Virus record (IMG/VR): IMGVR_UViG_3300028549_000507
Span: 32,001 to 96,000 of that record
DNA: 64,000 nucleotides
Origin: a virus
Taxonomy: Duplodnaviria; Caudoviricetes
Reading direction: 5' to 3' (one strand)
In this document: positions 28,074-37,422 of the stretch, in pieces
How the letters are laid out: each line of letters starts with the position of its first letter
Numbering within the stretch: position 1 is the first letter of the stretch
Notes under the pieces: model-generated
What the model saw: the letters and a program-made list of their open reading frames with translations, nothing else
Told to the model about the DNA's origin: nothing
Databases searched by the model: none
Translations under genes and position numbers: made by a program

Positions 28074-30332
28074 CTAATTAGCACAGCTTACACATTCTTC
28101 TTTAGACTTTTCAGAACCATCTTTTTGAATAGTTCTTGTATAATAAATAGCTTTACACTCGGATTTCCAAGCGAATATAATATTTTCAAAGATATCCTTA
28201 GCGGTGATATCTGAATTGAGATTGTACACAAGCTCCATACTAATTCCAGTATCGATCCATTTCTGAATAATAGATGTAATACGGATCACATCTCTTTGAT
28301 CTGTAAACTTATTCTCATTATAGAACCATCGTTTAGATCTAATATAAGGTGGGAATACAGGTACATTTCCATTAGAATTCTTTTCGATATGGAACTTAGA
28401 GTATGTAGGAAGAACACTTGCTGTACATCCGATGAGATTAGATGTAGATGTATTTGGAGCAATTGCTGTACATTGTGAGTTTCTTATTCCAAACACTTTA
28501 AGTTTATTGAATAATACTTTCCATTTTTCATACATACTTGAGTTAGAGTATTCATCAATAGTTTTATTGAGGATCTTACCTTTATAGAATTCTGAATTCT
28601 CATATGCTTCAAATGTTCCACGTTCTTTAGCCAAATCTATAGATGAATCATATGTATAATATGCAAATTTTTCAAATAGATTATCTACAAATTCTCCAGA
28701 TTCAGCATATCGTTTATCATTTATAGCTAACAAATCATGCAAACCCATATAACCGATACCGATTACTCTATATAGTCTATTGTGATTATCTGCATCCATT
28801 ACTGGTGGAGTTGTAATTTCTATAGCATTATCAAGTATTCTAACTGCCGTTCTATGGATTTGTTTAATTTCATCTTCATCCGTAATATCTATTTCTGCAA
28901 GATTTATAGAAACTAGGTTACATATATGGGTTTCCCCTATACGTCTAATCTCGGTCGATACTGCAGAATCATGCTCAGATTCCATTATTGAAGATGGTCT
29001 AAAGTTAGAGAATGATTCTACACAGAGATTAGCAGAACCAATATAACCACATTCTTTATTTGGATTATATTTGTTAGCGGTATCTTTGAAGAATATATAT
29101 GGCATACCGGTCTCAATTTGAGTTTTCATGATATGCTTCATAATATCTCTTGCTTGATGAACTCTTTTGAATTTGATCAATTCACTATGTTCGATAGTAA
29201 GATACCAATCTTCAAATGCTTTACCATGAAGTTCGAAGATATTTATACCAAATACCTTTTTAATTTCATATGGATCGAATGTTGTCCAAGGACCACTTTC
29301 TTCAACACGTCGCATGAATATGTCCGATATAACTACTTGTGGGAATACATCAAATGACTTTCTTCTAAGATCACCATTTTCAGTCTGCATTTCCAAGAAT
29401 TCAATAATATCATTGTGCCAAATATCCAATGCGACAGTAGCTGCACCAGCTCTATGACCATTCTGATCTACTGCAATCATTGTATCATTTACAATCTTAA
29501 TCCAAGGAAGAACTCCATTGGATCCTCCGAGTTGTCCTCTAAGATAAGATCCATTTGATCTAATTCTAGATACATTAACACCTACACCACCACCTGTAGC
29601 AGATATATTAGAAATATCTTTTACTGTTTGGAATATGCTGTCTAGGTTATCATCCATTGCTACGATGAAGCAAGATGATAGATTTCCATTAGGACGTCTA
29701 AGGTTTGTTAGGATAGGCGTTGCAAGAGATATCAATTTCCTAGTGATCATACTATAGAATTGGATTGTTACACTGTTGCGAACTTCCGGTTTCTCATTCA
29801 TTGCGAGGTACATTGATACTACCATAAACATTGTTTGAGGGAGTTCATATCCTATAAGATAACGGTTTTTAAGAATGTTTAAACCGGCGTATTCAAACAA
29901 TGCATCATTATCAAAATCCATAGAATTGAAGATTTCTCTAATAGATTCTTCATTATATCTTTCCAATATAACTTTATCATATTGATTCTCTTCAACCATT
30001 TTATTAACAAATGAAACAAACCCATCTACAGTATATTGGTCGAATTTAAGGTTTCGTTTGGCTTCTTTTGTAACTTCATGAAGGAGCATTCTAGCTGCAA
30101 AACTTGAGTAATCTAGGTTATTCAAATCACATTTAGTTACAGCATAGTGAATGATTGATTTCTGAATCTCACTGGTAGTGACAACTTCTGATTTAGAGAA
30201 TGCATCAATGTGGGCTTCTACTTCAAGGTGATCTATAGTGAGTCCTACGGAACAATCTCGTACAACTTTTCTAATTTTTTCAATATCAATTTTACTTTCA
30301 TGACCATGACGGTCAACTACGGTTACGCTCAT
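28074..30332 (-). CDS. nrdA: Class I ribonucleotide reductase alpha subunit
   Basis: ATPILTN, SSCF, GGGVG, SANLCVE, IGIGYMGL, IAPNTSTS, C-terminal CVSC. Confidence 0.97.
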   Translation of the reverse strand: MSVTVVDRHGHESKIDIEKIRKVVRDCSVGLTIDHLEVEAHIDAFSKSEVVTTSEIQKSIIHYAVTKCDLNNLDYSSFAARMLLHEVTKEAKRNLKFDQYTVDGFVSFVNKMVEENQYDKVILERYNEESIREIFNSMDFDNDALFEYAGLNILKNRYLIGYELPQTMFMVVSMYLAMNEKPEVRNSVTIQFYSMITRKLISLATPILTNLRRPNGNLSSCFIVAMDDNLDSIFQTVKDISNISATGGGVGVNVSRIRSNGSYLRGQLGGSNGVLPWIKIVNDTMIAVDQNGHRAGAATVALDIWHNDIIEFLEMQTENGDLRRKSFDVFPQVVISDIFMRRVEESGPWTTFDPYEIKKVFGINIFELHGKAFEDWYLTIEHSELIKFKRVHQARDIMKHIMKTQIETGMPYIFFKDTANKYNPNKECGYIGSANLCVESFSNFRPSSIMESEHDSAVSTEIRRIGETHICNLVSINLAEIDITDEDEIKQIHRTAVRILDNAIEITTPPVMDADNHNRLYRVIGIGYMGLHDLLAINDKRYAESGEFVDNLFEKFAYYTYDSSIDLAKERGTFEAYENSEFYKGKILNKTIDEYSNSSMYEKWKVLFNKLKVFGIRNSQCTAIAPNTSTSNLIGCTASVLPTYSKFHIEKNSNGNVPVFPPYIRSKRWFYNENKFTDQRDVIRITSIIQKWIDTGISMELVYNLNSDITAKDIFENIIFAWKSECKAIYYTRTIQKDGSEKSKEECVSCAN

Positions 30333-30458
30333 TGGTTTCTCCTAAAGATAAATACTCGCTACTAATAGACTGTTTAATCGATTATATTTTTTAAATTTAT
30401 AACGATAGATGATATGTTCAAAAAAAAAAGAAGGAGAGCGCAATGCTCCCCTTTCTTT

Positions 30459-30692
30459 TTATTCTGAAGCCTTTCTAAGGGCACGGCGAAGTGCCGCTCC
30501 CTTATACGCTACGGAGTCATAGATATTCACCCACACGTCGAAATCTCCTTCCGGATCAATAGCGTGTCCGAAGATCCACGCATCTCCATTCATAATGAAC
30601 GAAGTCTGAATAGCCTCAACCCCCTGCACAGATACTTCTGTGATAAGGGTTCTAATTTCTTTGTCGCCGCTGTTTGTTGTAACTTTAATCAT
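30459..30692 (-). CDS. Hypothetical protein in a solo early cassette
   Basis: Start moved to ATG 30692 (AAGGA SD); GC-richer than flanks; promoter at 30777. Confidence 0.65.
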   Translation of the reverse strand: MIKVTTNSGDKEIRTLITEVSVQGVEAIQTSFIMNGDAWIFGHAIDPEGDFDVWVNIYDSVAYKGAALRRALRKASE

Positions 30693-30843
30693 AATAGATC
30701 CTTTTCTTGGCACACCTGTACCATAGTAAAAATATAGTTTGTTAGAGTATATGGTATAGTCTTTCTATCCATTCTCCACTATTAAATATACACATCAATA
30801 ATCGTTTATTACAAAAAGAGAGGGATTGCTCCCTCTCCTTATA

Positions 30844-33800
30844 TTATCCGCAAGAAAGAGGTTTTCTAATAATAGGTCTATCACTAGAATTTGAAGAATA
30901 TGTAACTCTTCTAGGAGCTTCCCATTCACGTCGTTCTTTGTTCCAATTTTCAACTTTAGTTGGGAATCCAACAACACGAGTGATACGGGATACAATCTCT
31001 GCACCACACATATTACAACTAGTTGTATCGAAATCTCCAATAGTATTATGACCATTTTCACATTCACACGTTACAGGATTAGCCGAGAAGTGTTCACATC
31101 CCACTTCAACCGCATCATTTACAAGATTTTCATTTTGTAATGGAGTTAAAAGTGATCCAATTTGGAAGTGAACAATACCACCACCGGTAAGCATCTGTTG
31201 ATACTTTCCGTCAGTAGCCATACGTTCATAGATAGTAGCATCTTCCCACAATGGAACGAATTGATTACTATATAGAACATTAGTTACAACATCACTACCA
31301 AATATAGCCCTATCAGCTTTAGGGAATTTAGCAGCCATAGACTCACCGGGAATCTCTTCAATATTACCAAAGATCTCATATTTAGAAGAGAACTCGTCTA
31401 CAGAACTCTCAATGATTTCTAAAGCAATCCCGATGAAATCAAGATCTTCATCATTACCAAATTTATGAACAAGAGTTGTAGCCATCTCAGAAGAAGCAAT
31501 TATACCAATAGTAGAGAATAATGCATTATGATTGATCCAACCATTAGAAATAAACTTCTGAAGCTTCTTATCTGCTGTAAATTTGATAAGTTCTTTATGA
31601 GCCTTAAGAACTTTACATGCGTCTTCTACTCTGTTTCTAAGTACTTCTTTGAAGTCTTTTACAGATTTAGATTGCAATGCAACTCTATTAAGATTAATAG
31701 GAACTACACGATGCGAACCAATACCAATACCTTCTCCACCAAATGAGTTTACAGATTTAGCCTGTTCTCTCATTAGAGATTTGAGTAGGTCATAATCGTT
31801 GGAAAACCGACAGTTGTGAGTTATAATTCCATTAGGAAGAGTAAAGTATGGTTCATCTTTATTTTTCATTTCAAAACAGTATACATATTCTTTTTCATAA
31901 TCTTTGATTTTCTCAACTGATTTGATTTTAAAGTAAGTATTGCCATTGAATTTTCTATAAATATGACCATATCCTCGCTTCTGTTTTATAGAATAGAATC
32001 TCACAGAATACACTGGGTATTTTGGAATAATAGTTTCAACCCCACGAACAGGTCTAATTTGACCAACTCTATTATCAATATTTACAACAGAAGTCATACC
32101 TAATGAAGTTATCAATACCTCAAGATCTAATGATAATTGTTCACTCGTAGTATATATTCTATTTCTATTTCCACCATCGGTAATATAAAGACCCTCAAGT
32201 ATACCTTTTCTAAATTTTACAGATTGTTTTATAGCATCAAGATTTAGAGATTTTGAATGAGCTTTCCCTAAATTTGTCCAAGTTTGTATAAGATTTATAA
32301 TGCGTTTATCACTAGTACTAACCGATACAACATTGTTTGCTATGGGATTTATATTCCAAATAGGATTTGTCAAATCTACAATCTTACCAAAGATCCCAAC
32401 CTTTTCAGAATTCATACTTAAGATAAGTCTATTGTAGTTTGAAATATCGCCATTCTTACATTCGTGGATACTACTAGAGATATTTCCATCTCCTAAATAT
32501 GCCCCAACAATAATACCGTCTTCATATGAGATATCCAACTCACTATTAGATCCGAGTACAGATGAGTTCAACATTAGATAATTTGATCTAGATAGTTTAT
32601 CAGTTCGAATATCTCCAGTCATTGTTGGAAATAAATGATCCTCAGTAGCAATCATTACCTTATTGTTGGTAGTTTCGATTCTATACATAGATTTATTATC
32701 TCTAGGAATCTTAACTAGTTCACCATTACACCAAGAACCATCGTGGAAGATTTTATATTTACCAATATTAGAGTTATATAACTCTTCAAATGAGAGTCTC
32801 ATAACTCCATCTTTTTTACTATTGATCAAGCAATCCTCACCACCATCGAAGCAGCACATCGACACTCTATTGCCAGTACTTACATTGATATTGTATCTAT
32901 GCATTTCTCGTACAGCAACTTTTTTAAGAAAGTCTTGTTCAACTACACGGAATTTACCAGTCTCATCATCAAATACTTTAGTCATATTTATTGTAGATAC
33001 TGGGAATGTGATCTGTCGATTATTCTTTGTTTGGTCACCTTTTTCAAAGATATCCATATAGATATTTTGAAGTTCAACAATCAAATCTGCGATATAATTA
33101 ACTTTTTCATCACCATGTAAATAATCGGTATCCATGAACATGTGTTCCATAGTACCATATATCCCTTTAATTTTAGTTCTATCAAAGATAGAAATATTGG
33201 TAAAAGGAGATTCTGCACCATTTCTAGATGTGTGATTTACTGAGTGAATAATTGTCTGGAATAGATTTTCAAGAGTCTTTCTAACTATATAATTAGTTTT
33301 AATATCCTCAAGATTAACTCTACCTATAGATGTATTTACACCATCTGCGTACATAATAAGATGGGCAATATCAAAGAATAGAGTTGAGATAGCAATAGCA
33401 CCAGCCAAACTATTACTCATCTCATGAACGGTTTCTAAAACCTGTTGGATATAACTATCAACACGTTTTGCAGGAGCCGAATGAAGAACTCCCCAAGGTC
33501 TACCCTCGATAATCAATTTACTAAAGTCAGCAGCATAACAATATACAGAAAGAATTTGTGTACTATCGCTAACGGTAAGATCGAAAGAATACAGTAATCC
33601 AGATAAGCGTTTAGCTTCTTCTTTACCATAGATTTCTTTCATAGCTCTATATAGATAGTCATATCCTGTAATCTTTTGGAAGCTAGCTTGAGCATCTGCA
33701 AAGATCTGTTTGATAGTCTTCTCTGTTTTATTAGAGTTATCATCTACCATACCGGCAATAGTATCTTGTTTAAACTGTGCTGACATAGACATTTCAACAT

Positions 33801-33984
33801 TTTTTACAAAGTCGAAATTCGCAGGAGCCATTCCATGAATTTTCATAAGTTCATGAGCAACATTATCAATATGATCTTCAGGAATAATTCCGGAGTGTCT
33901 CAGGTTATCCTTAAGAGTATTTGAAATATTCTTCTGCAGTCTACTTGTTTTCGACGAGTAGTCGAATTCTAAGGTCTCATTCAT
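30844..33984 (-). CDS. nrdD: Anaerobic (class III) ribonucleotide reductase, intein-containing
   Basis: ESPFTN, SMC|CRF active-site motif split by an intein, EEIPGES, C-terminal CxxC pairs, glycyl-radical motif RVVGF. Confidence 0.95.
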   Translation of the reverse strand: MNETLEFDYSSKTSRLQKNISNTLKDNLRHSGIIPEDHIDNVAHELMKIHGMAPANFDFVKNVEMSMSAQFKQDTIAGMVDDNSNKTEKTIKQIFADAQASFQKITGYDYLYRAMKEIYGKEEAKRLSGLLYSFDLTVSDSTQILSVYCYAADFSKLIIEGRPWGVLHSAPAKRVDSYIQQVLETVHEMSNSLAGAIAISTLFFDIAHLIMYADGVNTSIGRVNLEDIKTNYIVRKTLENLFQTIIHSVNHTSRNGAESPFTNISIFDRTKIKGIYGTMEHMFMDTDYLHGDEKVNYIADLIVELQNIYMDIFEKGDQTKNNRQITFPVSTINMTKVFDDETGKFRVVEQDFLKKVAVREMHRYNINVSTGNRVSMCCFDGGEDCLINSKKDGVMRLSFEELYNSNIGKYKIFHDGSWCNGELVKIPRDNKSMYRIETTNNKVMIATEDHLFPTMTGDIRTDKLSRSNYLMLNSSVLGSNSELDISYEDGIIVGAYLGDGNISSSIHECKNGDISNYNRLILSMNSEKVGIFGKIVDLTNPIWNINPIANNVVSVSTSDKRIINLIQTWTNLGKAHSKSLNLDAIKQSVKFRKGILEGLYITDGGNRNRIYTTSEQLSLDLEVLITSLGMTSVVNIDNRVGQIRPVRGVETIIPKYPVYSVRFYSIKQKRGYGHIYRKFNGNTYFKIKSVEKIKDYEKEYVYCFEMKNKDEPYFTLPNGIITHNCRFSNDYDLLKSLMREQAKSVNSFGGEGIGIGSHRVVPINLNRVALQSKSVKDFKEVLRNRVEDACKVLKAHKELIKFTADKKLQKFISNGWINHNALFSTIGIIASSEMATTLVHKFGNDEDLDFIGIALEIIESSVDEFSSKYEIFGNIEEIPGESMAAKFPKADRAIFGSDVVTNVLYSNQFVPLWEDATIYERMATDGKYQQMLTGGGIVHFQIGSLLTPLQNENLVNDAVEVGCEHFSANPVTCECENGHNTIGDFDTTSCNMCGAEIVSRITRVVGFPTKVENWNKERREWEAPRRVTYSSNSSDRPIIRKPLSCG
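31813..32853 (-). mobile_element. Intein (347 aa) with LAGLIDADG homing endonuclease
   Basis: Starts CFDGGE, ends VYCFEM...GIITHN followed by extein C; endonuclease blocks GAYLGDG and GLYITDG. Confidence 0.95.
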
Positions 33985-34036
33985 TTGTACGCCTTTCTCC
34001 AATATTACCACATTTGAAAATATTAGAAATAGAAAG

Positions 34037-34546
34037 TTATTTGTATTTAAAAACGCCGTCGATACTTAATAGATTGAACTCTTTATCATAAATCTTTTGA
34101 TTTTTAGATGCGAGTATCAAACTATCGTCTGTGAGTTTTGATTTTTGGATCTTTTTCCTATCAAATACACCAGACTTTAAGAATGTGAATGGGATACTAT
34201 TATCTCGAGCTACATTGATATCATATCCGGTATAGATTATTAAATTATAACCGGTATCCAATAGTTTTGTAGATAATAGTTTGGTTAACTCAATATTATT
34301 CTTGAATAGAGGATCTCCTCCAACAAATGATACATTTTTAGTGCGAGATCTTCTGCACCGTGATATTATTTCTAAGTAAGCTCTATCTGAGAACTCTTCA
34401 ATATCATCTACAACTTCGGCAGGAATTGCCAATGAAGGGTTGTGACAGTCTTTACAACCTATGTCACAACCCTGAAAGAATACAGATACACACATACAAC
34501 TACTATCTGGGTAATCTATAAAATTACTTTCAATATAAGTTATCAT
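34037..34546 (-). CDS. nrdG: Class III RNR activase (radical SAM)
   Basis: FQGCDIGCKDCHN (CxxxCxxC), GGDP, YTGY; adjacent to nrdD. Confidence 0.93.
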   Translation of the reverse strand: MITYIESNFIDYPDSSCMCVSVFFQGCDIGCKDCHNPSLAIPAEVVDDIEEFSDRAYLEIISRCRRSRTKNVSFVGGDPLFKNNIELTKLLSTKLLDTGYNLIIYTGYDINVARDNSIPFTFLKSGVFDRKKIQKSKLTDDSLILASKNQKIYDKEFNLLSIDGVFKYK

Positions 34547-35013
34547 TGTACACCTGTATGACCAAATCCACCATCACCACGAACTGTTTCACTAAGGGTT
34601 TCTGCTACAACATAGCGGGCATGAGAAACTTTTGCAAGCACCAATTGTGCAATGCGTTCTCCTCTGCGTATTGCGAAGTCGACCTTAGAGTGGTTTATTA
34701 ATATAACCTTAACTTCTCCACGATAGTCGGAATCAATTGTTCCGGGAGTATTCAATACAGTTACTCCGAATTTGGCAGCAAGTCCACTTCTAGGTCTAAC
34801 CTGAATCTCTAATCCATGAGGAATCTCGAAAGAAAGGCCTGTTGGGACTTCCATAATACTTCCTGGCATTAGAATTGTTTCTTCTTCAATACAAGCACAA
34901 ATATCTGAACCAGATGCACCTTCGCTCATTAGTCTTGGCAATGAGATATCATCTCCAAAGTTTTCAAGTTTAACAGTATTAATTGCAACTTGACTAGAAC
35001 ATCCACAACCCAT
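34543..35013 (-). CDS. dut: Trimeric dUTPase
   Basis: ASGSDI, PRSGLA, GTIDSDYRGE, RIAQ, RGDGGFGHTG; start moved to ATG 35013 behind GGAGGA; late-type promoter at 35043-35054. Confidence 0.96.
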   Translation of the reverse strand: MGCGCSSQVAINTVKLENFGDDISLPRLMSEGASGSDICACIEEETILMPGSIMEVPTGLSFEIPHGLEIQVRPRSGLAAKFGVTVLNTPGTIDSDYRGEVKVILINHSKVDFAIRRGERIAQLVLAKVSHARYVVAETLSETVRGDGGFGHTGVQ

Positions 35014-35130
35014 ACGATCCTCCAATAAAAATAATAATCCGTCAATCAAATGTTTGACTTCTATTTATTTTTTATTGAAAAAAAAAAGTACACATCCGAA
35101 ATTGTGTACAAAAATCATTACACTTATATG

Positions 35131-35190
35131 TTAAAATGTTATGACTAAATCTTTTAAGAAGTTTCTCAAAACTTCGATACACTCTCTCAC
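35131..35190 (-). CDS. 19-aa peptide MRECIEVLRNFLKDLVITF
   Basis: GTG start behind AGGGGA; only ORF between the promoter at 35224 and the terminator at 35079-35109. Confidence 0.45.
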   Translation of the reverse strand: MRECIEVLRNFLKDLVITF

Positions 35191-35296
35191 GATATCCCCT
35201 AGATATTTATTAGTATTGTATTACACTAATAAATATATACATCAAAAAGAAGTCAAAAAATCAATAGTGTAGGGATTTCTCCCTACACTAATTACT

Positions 35297-35551
35297 CTAA
35301 ACGATATCATCTCTATTAAACATCTTTTCAAAACTAAATCGTTTATTTCCACTAAAATGGATATCGACAAATTCGGATAATTCTCTAGACCACAACGATC
35401 CCACAGGATGATCTCCACCATCATCTAGTTGTAAGTAGTTTACAATATCCTTTTTACAATCATTAGCCCATCTAGATATACTTATTACAAGGTATCTCTT
35501 ACCTTTCCAATGTTTATAAATACCACCTACTATAACTCTTTCATTAGGCAT
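35297..35551 (-). CDS. DUF1653-like protein
   Basis: GGIYKHWKGKRYLV ... V-x-Y ... LWSRELSEF ... RF. Confidence 0.75.
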   Translation of the reverse strand: MPNERVIVGGIYKHWKGKRYLVISISRWANDCKKDIVNYLQLDDGGDHPVGSLWSRELSEFVDIHFSGNKRFSFEKMFNRDDIV

Positions 35552-35578
35552 ATTATACCACTTCTTACTATGTATTAT

Positions 35579-35965
35579 TTATACTTCTGTAATATATGTG
35601 ACGAACTTTGAAGTTATCGGACCATCATGTATTAATGATAAAAATTCCAACCATTCATCAACATAAACTCCATCAGAATTTCTATTTATACACATTCTCC
35701 AATTAACTCTTCTAACTCCGTCAATTCTAGATGTAGAATTAGTTTCATCAAAGTTTAAACATCTGACATTATAAAAATCAACACGACCAATTACAATTCC
35801 ATAGCAATGTTTAACAGATATAGATATAATTGTATCTTTATCTGTTCTAAGTGTAGTGTTTCCTGTTTCATCAATTATGAGTAAGCTCTCATAAATTTTA
35901 GATGCAGTCGGAAGTTTATCTTTAACATTGTAAACGTAATTATCTATTTTAATCTCGTTAGACAT
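35579..35965 (-). CDS. Hypothetical protein
   Basis: 128-aa ORF with GGAG SD. Confidence 0.55.
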   Translation of the reverse strand: MSNEIKIDNYVYNVKDKLPTASKIYESLLIIDETGNTTLRTDKDTIISISVKHCYGIVIGRVDFYNVRCLNFDETNSTSRIDGVRRVNWRMCINRNSDGVYVDEWLEFLSLIHDGPITSKFVTYITEV

Positions 35966-36133
35966 ATTGGACTCCTGATGACCTTGCCACGCATGATATT
36001 AATTTAGAATTTAGTTGAATTACTTTCTTCTGCTCATCGATAATCATTTTAGTAAGATCTTCTTTACTATATTCAATATAACCGTGCTCATACTGAAAAT
36101 GATTAAGAACTCCATCTATAACTTTATCTTGCA

Positions 36134-36367
36134 TCATTCAACCTTATTCAATGGGTCCAAATACTTTACAGTTTCAAGTATTATTGCATCTCTAGCGAGT
36201 ATATCGATTTTACCATCATTATAGTCTTTATAAATCTTCACAATTGAATCTTCACAATGAGGGATATATTTTGTAGTTTTACCACTCGAAATATTAGCAG
36301 AAACCATCAGAAGTACTATTATACTTAATATAAGAACTACTGATAAAACTTCTTTAATATTTTCCAC
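36134..36367 (-). CDS. Small membrane-anchored protein
   Basis: N-terminal hydrophobic helix. Confidence 0.5.
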   Translation of the reverse strand: MENIKEVLSVVLILSIIVLLMVSANISSGKTTKYIPHCEDSIVKIYKDYNDGKIDILARDAIILETVKYLDPLNKVE

Positions 36368-36368
36368 T

Positions 36369-36770
36369 TTAAACCTCTCCGTCTGCTATTGTTTTCAATA
36401 TTCTATATACAACATCCTCCGGAGTATGTCCATCATACTCGTGGATACTAGTCTCATATGAAGGAATTTTAAATACTTCCCAATACTTTATATTGTAATG
36501 GTTAGATATACATCCTGAAGGTAGCTTAGCGCTAACTATAAACATATCATCTTTCCCAAAACAAGCTTCACCATCATGATGCTTCATACTTTTATGAACT
36601 TCATACATACCTTCTGATGCCCATTTATTGAATATCAATGCATTGTAGATAGTTCTAAACACATACAATTCTTCAAAGGTATGATAACCATCATTAACTT
36701 TAGAAGCATCTTCGACCGTTGCGATTTCAATCTTCTCTTTTCCATCATCCTTGTAGAATACAGATTCCAT
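36369..36770 (-). CDS. Conserved phage protein (DGYHTFEELY...YDGH, WDGH-type)
   Basis: DGYHTFEELY, HHDG, ISNHY, YDGHT motifs; start moved to ATG 36770. Confidence 0.6.
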   Translation of the reverse strand: MESVFYKDDGKEKIEIATVEDASKVNDGYHTFEELYVFRTIYNALIFNKWASEGMYEVHKSMKHHDGEACFGKDDMFIVSAKLPSGCISNHYNIKYWEVFKIPSYETSIHEYDGHTPEDVVYRILKTIADGEV

Positions 36771-36846
36771 AATAGCTCCTAATACTGTTAAAATTAGTTT
36801 TATAAGTTTGGATATTATAACTTTAAATATAGAAAACATGTAGCCC

Positions 36847-37050
36847 TCATCGTTTATTTGATAAATGTTTTGTAATTTTCTTACCATAACTACCATACAG
36901 TTTATAGGATTGTATACCTATTTTACAACTGTCGTATGAATTTGATTCACAATTTTTATTATCACAATAGTTAATAGGTACAACTTTTGAGAATGCACTC
37001 GGATTAGAGTATTTATTAACTTTCCTCCATTGAAATTTAGACTTCACCAT
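36847..37050 (-). CDS. Hypothetical protein
   Basis: 67-aa ORF with Cys residues. Confidence 0.4.
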   Translation of the reverse strand: MVKSKFQWRKVNKYSNPSAFSKVVPINYCDNKNCESNSYDSCKIGIQSYKLYGSYGKKITKHLSNKR

Positions 37051-37167
37051 AATGTAAACCCACCCAGTTTTAAATTACATTTGGTTGTTGGATCGTTATT
37101 TAATATATAAACTATATTAGTTATTGAAAAAAAAAGTAGGGGGAGAATTTCTCCCCCAGTATTATGA

Positions 37168-37221
37168 TTAATCTTCATCGCACAATGGCGGAAGAGTAAC
37201 CCAAGTATTTGGATGCAACAT
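37168..37221 (-). CDS. 17-aa peptide MLHPNTWVTLPPLCDED
   Basis: Perfect AAGGAGG 5 nt before ATG; between the promoter at 37320 and the terminator at 37127-37157. Confidence 0.5.
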   Translation of the reverse strand: MLHPNTWVTLPPLCDED

Positions 37222-37422
37222 AGCATCCTCCTTTTCAATATGTCCACTTCCCTTAAATCAGGGGTCAATACATTGATAGACTTTCAATGTATTCAGATGA
37301 TCAATATTGTATATTTCATCACTATTAAATATATAATCTATATGTACGGTTATTACAAAAATAACAATCATTAAACAATTTAATGTGGATATTTAACCAA
37401 AATTTATTAAAAGGCGTTTTAC

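Noticed and set aside
37044-37268. 74-aa ORF from the track
   Set aside because: It reads through a strong terminator and U-tract and its SD has zero spacing. The 17-aa frame fits better.
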